Position numbers and translations under genes: made by a program
Shown here: piece by piece, positions 1 to 7,922 of the stretch
Layout of the letters: the number at the start of each line of letters is the position of its first letter
How positions within the stretch are numbered: position 1 is the first letter of the stretch
Notes under the pieces: generated by a model
Database searches by the model: none
What the model was told of the DNA's origin: nothing
What the model saw: the letters and a program-made list of their open reading frames with translations, nothing else
Assembly: GCA_050747825.1 (NCBI GenBank)
Contig: JBOGJG010000330.1
Span: 1 to 60,097 of the forward strand
Direction: 5' to 3'
DNA: 60,097 bases
From: Acidobacteriota bacterium
GTDB taxonomy: Bacteria; Acidobacteriota; UBA6911; RPQK01; JBOGJG01

Positions 1-2
1 AT

Positions 3-320
3 CGACCCTTCGAAGAGCGGCGGCATGAACTCGCTGCCAATCACGAACAGCAACGGGACCGTGAGCGGGACCACGGCAAAATTGATGAGCAGCGCCGTCC
101 ACTTCCAGCGCAGCGCCAGACGGATGACGGGGTCGTACAGCCACGCGAAGAACCGCGACACGGGGTTCTGCGACTCGGGCTTGAGCCGTTGCCCGCGGAT
201 GAAGATCGTCATCAGCTCCGGCACCAGCGTGATCGAGAGCAACGACGCGAACAGCATCGCCGAGGTCTTCGTGAAGGCGAGAGGACGGAACATCCGTCCC
301 TCCTGCGCCTCGAGGAGGAA
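3..320 (-). pseudogene. cusA: Internal fragment of a CusA/CzcA-family heavy-metal efflux RND permease; runs off the left window edge and is 5'-truncated at ~320
   Basis: Manual minus-strand translation gives FLLEAQEGRMFRPLAFTKTSAMLFASLLSITLVPELMTIFIRG...NPVSRFFAWLYDPVIRLALRW...GSEFMPPLFEGS, a hallmark CusA segment. Upstream of 320 the frame is non-homologous and hits a TAG at 438-440. Not in the ORF track. Confidence 0.85.
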
Positions 321-447
321 CTGGAATACGACCGAGGGAATTTCACTGTATCCGGTAACGCTCTCGTTTGCGAAAAAGGTCGGGCAGCTGATGACCGAAC
401 TGCCTGAGAACTGCTCGCCGAATCCGTCGTACCGGTTCTACATGTAG
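319..447 (+). pseudogene. C-terminal 42 aa of a prokaryotic Argonaute (PIWI domain tail), 5'-truncated
   Basis: The tail of ORF 25..447 reads NWNTTEGISLYPVTLSFAKKVGQLMTELPENCSPNPSYRFYM*. This matches the conserved pAgo C-terminus (TK-x-NWN...PVTL-x-FA-x-KVG...Y-x-FY[MI]*). The ORF upstream of 319 is only the antisense of cusA. Confidence 0.75.
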
Positions 448-562
448 ACGTGCTTGGTCACGGCCGAGCTACAATCGAGCACGGGCATGCCGTAGGGGGC
501 AGCTGGCGTGTGCGGCTGGGTTTGGGTTCATGCCGCCAAGCGCCAAAGCTGCAGATAATGGC

Positions 563-583
563 GGTTGCGGGCCCCCGCAACCA
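563..583 (+). mobile_element. Putative att site: 14-nt copy of the tRNA-fMet 3' end (GGCCCCCGCAACCA, 570-583) within a palindrome
   Basis: 570-583 equals the 3' end including CCA of bacterial initiator tRNA (as in E. coli metZ). 563-570 GGTTGCGG is the perfect inverted repeat of 575-582. No full tRNA is present, and a terminator follows. Confidence 0.6.
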
Positions 584-598
584 AATTCCAATTCCTGG

Positions 599-618
599 GC
601 CGCGAAAGCGGCTTTTTT
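599..618 (+). terminator. Rho-independent terminator
   Basis: GCCGC-GAAA-GCGGC hairpin followed by TTTTTT. Confidence 0.8.
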
Positions 619-680
619 ATTGCCCTCCCTGTGTTTTTACTCACATGTTGCGTGTCGACTGGCTGTTAAATTGTGCAGTT

Positions 681-1007
681 GTACAATCCCACAACTTCCA
701 CAATGAGGTCATTGACCTGCATACCGCATGTGGAGGTGGGATCGCGATACTGGTCGGCGATTTTGCCGGCGGTGTAGTCACCGACAACCTGGTATACGCA
801 ATCGAGCTCACTGATACGCGGGCCGACGGCGCGCTCGATCCGGTCATCTTCAATAACATGGTGGGATTCAATGATCTGCGCGGAACCGAAAACCAGATCC
901 TTCTGACTCCGTCCAATCTGGACGAGGTAAACAACATTTCCCGAAACCTTGGCGAGAATCGAGGGCACGGATCACATCCGTCGATCTTCGGCCCGGGGGG
1001 TCATTAA
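681..1007 (+). pseudogene. Orphan C-terminal fragment of a probable secreted/parallel beta-helix protein
   Basis: Protein-like stretch HNFHNEVIDLHTACGGGIAILVGDFAGGVVTDNLV...FNDLRGTENQILLTPSNLDEVNNISRNLGENRGHGSHPSIFGPGGH* with high GC at third positions. It has no credible start, because the ORF's 5' part runs through the att site and terminator. The family call is by resemblance only. Confidence 0.4.
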
Positions 1008-1202
1008 GAGCAGCTTCCCCCGTATTCATCAATTGAACTGGCTCTCTGCCGGGGCAAAGAGTACCAGCACGGTCAATAGAATTCATCATGCATTCGATCC
1101 ACACGTCTTCACTAACTCTTGCAATAGAAGATCCGGTACTGAATACTAGAGTCAAATCTGAAAATTGTTTCACAATCGGAAATCCTGAAAGGGGAGGTTT
1201 CT

Positions 1203-4200
1203 ATGCACAAAAACGGCTTCCTGGCATTGCCGGCAATATTTCTGCTGGGCCTGCTGCCTGTCCTGGCGCAGGTGGAAACGGCAAATATCACGGGTACTGT
1301 AAGAGATTCGACGGGCGCCGTGATCCCTGGGGTGGACATCACCGTCACGCACGTGCAAACCAATCAGGAGGCGAGAGCGGTCACGGGCGAAGCCGGACGC
1401 TACGTCTCACCTCCTCTGCGTCCTGGCGACTACACCGTTGCCGCCGAATTGCCGGGCTTCAAGCGCATCGTGCGCAGCGGGATCAGGTTGCAGGTCCAGC
1501 AGACGGCGGTAATCGACTTTGTCCTTGAAGTTGGTGAGATGACCGAGCAGGTCGAAGTGGTAGCCGACGCTGCTCTGTTGAACACGACCGACGCCTCGCG
1601 CGGCGAAGTCATCGACAATCAGAAGATCGTAGAGCTTCCCCTCAATACCCGCGATTACCTGCAGCTTGCGCTGCTCACCGCCGGCAGCAATGTTCCGCCT
1701 CCAGGTTCCCGTTTTGGCGGCTTCAGCTCCAGCGGCATGCGCGTCAGCCACAATAACTACCTTCTGGACGGCATGGACAACAACAGCAACCAGCACGCGG
1801 CCCAGAGTCGCACCGGGGAGGTGATCTCCCCTTCCATCGATGCGATCCGGGAGTTTAAGGTTCTGACCACCAACTATTCGGCTGAATACGGGCGCAACGT
1901 GGGCGGGGTGGTTAATGTGGTCATGAAGTCGGGCACCAACGAATTTCACGGCGGCATCTATGAATTCCTGCGCAATGACGTGCTCGATGCCCGCAATTTC
2001 TTCGACGATCCCGATGAGCCGATCCCGCCCTACAGACGAAATCAGTTTGGTGGCACTCTGGGCGGCCCCGTTTTCCAGGACAAAACTTTTTTCTTTTTCG
2101 ACTATGAAGGCACGCGGCTGCGGCAGTCCCGGACCGTGCTTTCAACTATACCTACGGAGGCGGAAAGAAAAGGTGACTTTTCTCAATCTATCTTCAACCG
2201 GACGCCGGTGGAAATCTTTGATCCTGCAACTTACGATCCACCGACCAAAACGCGCCAGCCTTTTCCAAACAACATTATTCCGGAGAATCGGCTGGACCCG
2301 GCAGCTCTGCAAGTCGCTTCCTTTTATCCTCTGCCCAACCGACCCGGGGATATCAACAATTTTCTGTCTAACCCGTTGAACCAGGAAAATACGGATAAAT
2401 TCGATGTTCGAATCGACCATTCTTTTGGAGCTTCCGATACCCTGTTTGGGCGCTTCAGCTTTTTAAATTATGAGCAATTGCCTGAGGGAAATCTGCCCAC
2501 GGCTGAATTTCCACGCGGGACGGACGCGATCGACGCCGAAAATCAGGCGCGATCCTTTGTTCTTTCCTACAGCCACATCTTTTCTCCAACTCTTTTCATC
2601 ACTTCAAAACTGGGTTACAACCGCCTGCTGACCGAACGGACCTCTCCGATTGAGGAAGACCTCAATCAGCGAATCGGGCTAACGGGCACGCCTCAGATTC
2701 CCGGACTGGCAAGTTTTGGAATATCCGGCTTTCGGGGGCTCGGTTTCGCCAACACGCCTCATCTGGCGGATTCGCAGACTCGCCAGATCGTAAACGACTT
2801 GACCTGGGTGAAGGGCAAGCATTCCCTGAAGACCGGCATCAATTTCTTCTTTATCCAGGCGCCTCACACTCAGGTTTACCAGTCCCACGGCGTGTTTTCC
2901 TTTAACGGCAATTTCACTCGGCAGACTTCTCCTTTCAGCGGAGGACATCCGCTAGCTGACATGCTGCTGGGTATCCCGGCCACTACCCAGTTGGCCACGA
3001 TCGCGCGGGGTAACCAGCGCCGGCGCCTGTATCACGGCTACATCCAGGATGAAATCAAGGCCACTGCTAACCTGACCCTCAGTATGGGAGTGCGCTATGA
3101 GTACATCGGCCCGTGGTTTGAAAAATACAATCACTACTCCAATTTCGATATCGATACCGATCCGGTAAATCCACGCCTGCTGCTGGCGACAGACGGTGGC
3201 ATCAGCGAACGCTCGACTCTGGATCCCGACTACAACAACTTCGCGCCGCGGCTGGGGATTGCCTACAGGCTTGCGGAGAGGACCGTAATCCGCAGCGGCT
3301 ATGGCATCTACTATGGAGGTGTCACGCATATCGGTGACCGTTACCTGCACGCCAGCCCGCCCTTTTTCTTTCAGGCCAGAATCACGACCGACAGCATCCA
3401 GCCGACGGTAGTTCTGGCTGATGGAGTGCCGCCCCTGACCGATTTCGTCTCGAACCTTCAAACCATCTCCCAGGACCGGCGCAACCGCAATCCCTATTCG
3501 CAGCACTGGAATCTCACGATTCAGCACGAGCTGCGCAATGATCTGATGTTCGAGGTCGCCTACGCCGCAACCAAGGGGGCCAAGCTCATACGACGCTTTG
3601 ACACGAACGCTCCCGATCCAGGGCCAGGCAATATCAACAGGCGCCGACCGGTGACTCAGCTGGAGGTTCCCGGCCTGGATTACATTGTGACCCCTCTAGC
3701 CGATACTTTTCGACGGGAGTGGAGCGCCAATTCCAATTACCACTCCATGCAGACGAAGATCGAAAAGCGCTTCTCGGCAGGCCTTAGCTTTCTCGGCTCC
3801 TATACTTGGTCCAAGACGATCAGCGACTCTCGTGGGGGCGCCGATGCCGGTGGTACTGCACCGGTAGGAGTTCAAGATCGAAAAAATCTGCGGGCGGAGA
3901 GGTCGGTGGCTGATGAGCACATCCCTCACCGGTTTGTATTCACTGCCAATTACGATCTCCCTTTGGGCCGGGGAAGAGCGTTTATGTCTGGCGCGCACCC
4001 GGTATTAAACGCCATTTTTGGAGGCTGGGCGATTGCCGGGATCACGACATTTCAATCAGGAAGGCCTGAAAACATAGAAGTGACAAGGGATCCGGCCAAC
4101 AATGGCGGGTCGGCTCCCGATCGGCCCAACCGGCTCTCTGATCCGGAACTGCCCGGCCATGAAAGAACCCTGGACCGCTGGTTTGATACGGAAGCGTTCG

Positions 4201-4463
4201 TGGCCAACGACCCCTTTACTTTCGGCAACAGTTCCCGTAACCCTATTCAGATTCCCGACTTTCGGAACGTCGATTTGGCGGTTTACAAGTTGTTCAGACC
4301 GACGGAGGGGACGGCAGTCCAGTTCCGGGCGGAATTCTTCAATGCCACGAATAGGCCACATTTCGGCTCACCCGGCTCCACTGTGGGTACCGGGCAGTTC
4401 GGAGTGATCAGCAGCGCCGGCGCCGCACGCATTATTCAGTTCGGCTTGAAGATCAATTTTTAA
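1203..4463 (+). CDS. TonB-dependent receptor (N-terminal carboxypeptidase-regulatory-like domain, Oar-type barrel)
   Basis: Signal peptide, GTVRDSTGAVIPG domain, SAEYGRNVGG, NNFAPRLGIAY, C-terminal RIIQFGLKINF. RBS GGAGG at ~1193. Confidence 0.95.
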   Translation: MHKNGFLALPAIFLLGLLPVLAQVETANITGTVRDSTGAVIPGVDITVTHVQTNQEARAVTGEAGRYVSPPLRPGDYTVAAELPGFKRIVRSGIRLQVQQTAVIDFVLEVGEMTEQVEVVADAALLNTTDASRGEVIDNQKIVELPLNTRDYLQLALLTAGSNVPPPGSRFGGFSSSGMRVSHNNYLLDGMDNNSNQHAAQSRTGEVISPSIDAIREFKVLTTNYSAEYGRNVGGVVNVVMKSGTNEFHGGIYEFLRNDVLDARNFFDDPDEPIPPYRRNQFGGTLGGPVFQDKTFFFFDYEGTRLRQSRTVLSTIPTEAERKGDFSQSIFNRTPVEIFDPATYDPPTKTRQPFPNNIIPENRLDPAALQVASFYPLPNRPGDINNFLSNPLNQENTDKFDVRIDHSFGASDTLFGRFSFLNYEQLPEGNLPTAEFPRGTDAIDAENQARSFVLSYSHIFSPTLFITSKLGYNRLLTERTSPIEEDLNQRIGLTGTPQIPGLASFGISGFRGLGFANTPHLADSQTRQIVNDLTWVKGKHSLKTGINFFFIQAPHTQVYQSHGVFSFNGNFTRQTSPFSGGHPLADMLLGIPATTQLATIARGNQRRRLYHGYIQDEIKATANLTLSMGVRYEYIGPWFEKYNHYSNFDIDTDPVNPRLLLATDGGISERSTLDPDYNNFAPRLGIAYRLAERTVIRSGYGIYYGGVTHIGDRYLHASPPFFFQARITTDSIQPTVVLADGVPPLTDFVSNLQTISQDRRNRNPYSQHWNLTIQHELRNDLMFEVAYAATKGAKLIRRFDTNAPDPGPGNINRRRPVTQLEVPGLDYIVTPLADTFRREWSANSNYHSMQTKIEKRFSAGLSFLGSYTWSKTISDSRGGADAGGTAPVGVQDRKNLRAERSVADEHIPHRFVFTANYDLPLGRGRAFMSGAHPVLNAIFGGWAIAGITTFQSGRPENIEVTRDPANNGGSAPDRPNRLSDPELPGHERTLDRWFDTEAFVANDPFTFGNSSRNPIQIPDFRNVDLAVYKLFRPTEGTAVQFRAEFFNATNRPHFGSPGSTVGTGQFGVISSAGAARIIQFGLKINF

Positions 4464-4634
4464 GCTGATCTGCTCCACTTTGGACTGGGCAAGGGCACCC
4501 TCGTGAAGGAGATTGAGGTCACCTGGCCGAGCGGGACCGTTCAGCGGCTGGGCAATGTCCGGGCGGACCAGCTCATCCCGATGCGGGAACCAGAGGAAAA
4601 ACTCGAGCGGCCTAAATTGATCGACCAGATTTGA
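4464..4634 (+). pseudogene. ASPIC/UnbV domain C-terminal remnant (CRTAC1-family gene relic)
   Basis: Manual translation: ADLLHFGLGKGTLVKEIEVTWPSGTVQRLGNVRADQLIPMREPEEKLERPKLIDQI*. LHFGLG...IEVxWPSG...VxADQ is the ASPIC/UnbV signature. No start codon or RBS. Confidence 0.8.
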
Positions 4635-4648
4635 AAAGTTCGCTCCTA

Positions 4649-5434
4649 TCAACGAGCCGTCCAGCCCCCATCGACGCTCAGCAGGCTTCCGGTGACATAG
4701 CTGGAGGCGTCGCTGGCCAAAAAGATTGCCGCTCCCTGGATCTCTTCCAGCCGACCCCAGCGACCCAGGGCCGTAGCGCCGGTGATGAACTTGCGCACCT
4801 CTTCGCTACCTACAATGGGTTCATTCAGAGGAGTCAGAAAGGGGCCGGGGCAGATGGCATTGCAGGTGACCCCGTGAGGGGCGACCTCCAGCGCCAGCAC
4901 CTTTGTCAATTGCGCGACGGCCCCCTTACTGGCCGCGTAGGCAGAGCGCCCGGCCAGCCCAATGACTGCAAGAGCGCTGGCAATGTTGATGATGCGCCCA
5001 TAGCCGGCACTTGTCATGTGAGGGATGACGGCACGACAGCACAACCAGACACCATCCACATTGATCTGCTGGACCTGCCGAAATTCTTCATAGCTCAGCT
5101 CGTTTATGAGACCGCGGATGTTGATGCCGGCATTGTTGATCAGGATGTCGATCTTCTCAAACTCGGAGATCGCCCGATCGACCATGGCATCGACGTCTTC
5201 CGGCCGGCTGACATCGCTTTTCACTCCCACCGCCTGCCGGCCATATGTTTGGGCGATTTCCGCGGCCACGCTCTGGGCTTCCTGGGCATGGCGGCTGGTC
5301 ACCATTACGTCAGCGCCTGCGGAGGCCAGGCCTTCCGCCATGGCCCTGCCCAGTCCTTTGGTCGCCCCGGTGACGATGGCACTGCGTCCGGTGAGGTCGA
5401 AAAGTTCAATTCCGTGGCGCATTTCTTTAGGCAT
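4649..5434 (-). CDS. SDR family oxidoreductase (FabG/gluconate-5-dehydrogenase-like)
   Basis: TGATKGLG, NNAG, YAASKGA, PGPFLT motifs. Confidence 0.92.
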   Translation of the reverse strand: MPKEMRHGIELFDLTGRSAIVTGATKGLGRAMAEGLASAGADVMVTSRHAQEAQSVAAEIAQTYGRQAVGVKSDVSRPEDVDAMVDRAISEFEKIDILINNAGINIRGLINELSYEEFRQVQQINVDGVWLCCRAVIPHMTSAGYGRIINIASALAVIGLAGRSAYAASKGAVAQLTKVLALEVAPHGVTCNAICPGPFLTPLNEPIVGSEEVRKFITGATALGRWGRLEEIQGAAIFLASDASSYVTGSLLSVDGGWTAR

Positions 5435-5444
5435 TTCAGGGCCA

Positions 5445-5486
5445 ACGAATCACACCAATAGCACGAATCACACCAATAGCACGAAT
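5445..5486. repeat. 18-bp tandem repeat ACGAATCACACCAATAGC x2.3
   Basis: Direct inspection: 5445-5462, 5463-5480, partial 5481-5486. Confidence 0.85.
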
Positions 5487-5579
5487 GATTAAGGTTTTAA
5501 ACCCAATACAAAGAGCGCCTGGCCCGAGACCGGAACACTGATCGGTACGGCCCGCTTGATCTGGCGGTGAATCAGATTC

Positions 5580-7892
5580 CTAAAAAATATTGAACTCGCG
5601 GGTGAATTTGATGTAGAGGGCCCGGTTCAGGGGTTCTCCTCCCAGGATGCGGCGCTGGAAGCCGTAGTCGATTCTTTCCAGGTCCTGCGCTTCGTTGTAA
5701 ACAATATACAGGCCGGTGCCGGCGGCATTTAACCACCCGAAGCGGACGTTCGTGGACCAGTTGTCAGCGGCGTCGTTGTACTGGATCAGCGACTGCACAA
5801 AAATGCGGGGAGTAAATGAGTAATTGATGCGACTGGCTACACGGTTGGTGCGGAAGTCCCCGCCAAACTCGCCGTTTGGCCCTTCGACCGGAAAGCTCGC
5901 GTCATTATGCGTGTAACTGACAGACGTGAGCAGTTGCGAGCCGCCTCGCCAGTTCAATCCCAGAGCGTAGTTTCGAATGTTGCCGCTGTAGAAGCCTCCC
6001 GCATCCAGACCGACATCAAATGAGAAGGGGGCGCTCAGGTCCGAGTTGAACCTCCAGGCGATTTCCGCATTGCGATACGATCCAGGCGGGATAAAAACAT
6101 TCGGGAAAATCTCAAAGGGCTCCCGAAAGCCTTCCAGGGTGACGTTCACGGCGGGACTGAAGCGCGAACCGTTGTCCCACTCGACATGGGAATCCATGTG
6201 AATTCTCTCACTCTCCTTGAACCCGTCCAGCGAATAAAAAACATCGTAGGTCAAATGAGGACGAAGCTCCCGAAGCCATTGGATGGACTGGGGCCGAATA
6301 TAGGTAAAAGCCCCGGTCTCAATGTTCCTGTAGGCATTTCTTCGCAGGAAGCCCACCTCGGGATTGAAATTCTCGCCCACCTCCTTGTAGCCCAGCCAAA
6401 AGCGCCGCGTCCCGGTGGTGTACTCCCCATTTATACCAAAGGCATGGTCGCTCCCCTGGTAGGCGTCGTGTCCCTCTTCTTCATGAAAGGTGGACGTTTT
6501 CGCCAGGTATCCCGTGGCTAGAAAGGACTCCCCGATGCCCAGGCGTCCATCCACCCCGAAGGTGCGGTTATAGTCCTGCGAGCCGGCAGCGCTGGTGTTC
6601 TCCTTGTTCACCACAATGCCGCCGAGTTGGCTGCGCCGCCCAAAGTCCCGGCTGACTCGCCCCACGGTGAAATGGTTGGCGGGCGCAACACAGAGATCTG
6701 TTGAAGAGCAGTCCCCCAGGGAATCCGCCTGCATGCTGAGAAATCCGATGTTCCAGCGCTCGATCTTTCCGGTGAGACGACTTCCTCCCAGAATCGGCAC
6801 GATGGCTTCGTCGTCGGAGATTCCGATCCTGCGGCTGAAGAACAGCTCGACTTCCTGCGAGCTTCCGACCGCAAAAAGACCTGCGTTTTCAAGGAAAAAG
6901 GGGCGTTTTTCCGGGAAGAACAAATTGAAGCGGGTCAAGTTGATCTGCTGCTCATCCACTTCGACCTGGGCGAAGTCGGTATTGTAGGTCAGGTCGAGCG
7001 TCAGGCTGGGGGTGAGGCTGTACTTCATGTCGAATCCGCCGTCACCCAGATAGGTCGCATCTCCTTGCGGGTCTCCCTCGTAGTCGCGCCGGGCAGAGCC
7101 GATCACGTAGGGTATGACCTTGAAATTGCGAGGCGGCTGCACCTCGAGTCCATGGAGTTCACCGGCGTAGGTCAGACGGTAGAGGTCCCATTGGCGGGGG
7201 ACAGGTGACCAGTAATCCTGCTCGTTCTTGCGACGGATATTACGGGCAAAGTTAACACCCCAGACCTGAGTGTCACTCTCGCGGAAGCGCAGCGTGCTGA
7301 AGGGGATTTTAAACTCCGCCATCCAGCCCTCGTTATTGGTATGAGTGGCGACCTGCCAGTTTCCGTCCCAGTTCTTGTTGACGCCTCCACCGGAACCTCG
7401 CTGGGTCCTCCGGCTGCCGGCCGGTCCCGGGCCGCCTCCGCCTCCGCTGCCCTCCTTGGAGATCTGGGCGTCAAACTCGAGGCCGGAGGGATTGGTCCCG
7501 AAGACGAACCCGCTTTGCCTGTCCAGGAAGGTGTCGAAGACCATCCAGAAGGCGTCGGTATTCACGAGATCAGCGTCGCGCTCGCTTTCAGAAACGAGAA
7601 TGCCGGAGGGATCGCTGTCGTAACATGCCACACCGACATAGAGGTTCTCAGTGTCGTAAAGCAAAGTAACTTCGGTCCGTTCAGTCGCCGGCTTTCCCTC
7701 GAGGGGCTCGTTCTGCACGAAATCGGAAAGAGGCGAGCCCAACTGCCAGACCGGGTCATCAAGGAGACCGTCGATGGTTGGACCTTCTTCCACTTTCATG
7801 GCCTGCGCCTGGCGTCTCGCTCCGTTATCCTGGGCGAAAACACCAGGGGACAGCAGCAGGAAGAGCAGAGTAGCTGATACCTTAACTTGCAA
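5580..7892 (-). CDS. DUF5916 protein (N-terminal CBM9-like domain plus predicted outer-membrane barrel)
   Basis: Signal peptide; P-x-IDG-x-LDD-x-VW, F-x-Q-x-EP, TYNTDFAQVEVD, NLTRFNLFFPEKRPFFLE, LFFSRRIG; ends in F. Confidence 0.85.
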   Translation of the reverse strand: MQVKVSATLLFLLLSPGVFAQDNGARRQAQAMKVEEGPTIDGLLDDPVWQLGSPLSDFVQNEPLEGKPATERTEVTLLYDTENLYVGVACYDSDPSGILVSESERDADLVNTDAFWMVFDTFLDRQSGFVFGTNPSGLEFDAQISKEGSGGGGGPGPAGSRRTQRGSGGGVNKNWDGNWQVATHTNNEGWMAEFKIPFSTLRFRESDTQVWGVNFARNIRRKNEQDYWSPVPRQWDLYRLTYAGELHGLEVQPPRNFKVIPYVIGSARRDYEGDPQGDATYLGDGGFDMKYSLTPSLTLDLTYNTDFAQVEVDEQQINLTRFNLFFPEKRPFFLENAGLFAVGSSQEVELFFSRRIGISDDEAIVPILGGSRLTGKIERWNIGFLSMQADSLGDCSSTDLCVAPANHFTVGRVSRDFGRRSQLGGIVVNKENTSAAGSQDYNRTFGVDGRLGIGESFLATGYLAKTSTFHEEEGHDAYQGSDHAFGINGEYTTGTRRFWLGYKEVGENFNPEVGFLRRNAYRNIETGAFTYIRPQSIQWLRELRPHLTYDVFYSLDGFKESERIHMDSHVEWDNGSRFSPAVNVTLEGFREPFEIFPNVFIPPGSYRNAEIAWRFNSDLSAPFSFDVGLDAGGFYSGNIRNYALGLNWRGGSQLLTSVSYTHNDASFPVEGPNGEFGGDFRTNRVASRINYSFTPRIFVQSLIQYNDAADNWSTNVRFGWLNAAGTGLYIVYNEAQDLERIDYGFQRRILGGEPLNRALYIKFTREFNIF

Positions 7893-7922
7893 TCGGCGAA
7901 GTCTTCCTTCTAAAGCGCGAAC

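Noticed and set aside
25-447. ORF-track 140-aa protein as a single gene
   Set aside because: 25-318 is the antisense shadow of the cusA fragment; only 319-447 carries a recognisable (pAgo) motif.
500-583. A complete tRNA gene ending at CCA 581-583
   Set aside because: Only the last 14 nt match; no T-loop (GTTC), anticodon arm or D arm upstream.
450-680. N-terminal part of ORF 450..1007
   Set aside because: It runs through the att-like palindrome and a clear terminator, has no RBS and is not protein-like.
868-1173. Minus-strand ORF with a faint barstar-like WIECM segment
   Set aside because: Too weak to support, and it overlaps the better-supported plus-strand fragment.
4461-4634. Programmed stop-codon readthrough producing a receptor-ASPIC fusion
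   Set aside because: The stop is TAA, TonB receptors require the C-terminal Phe, and the ASPIC domain is itself incomplete. A deletion scar is simpler.
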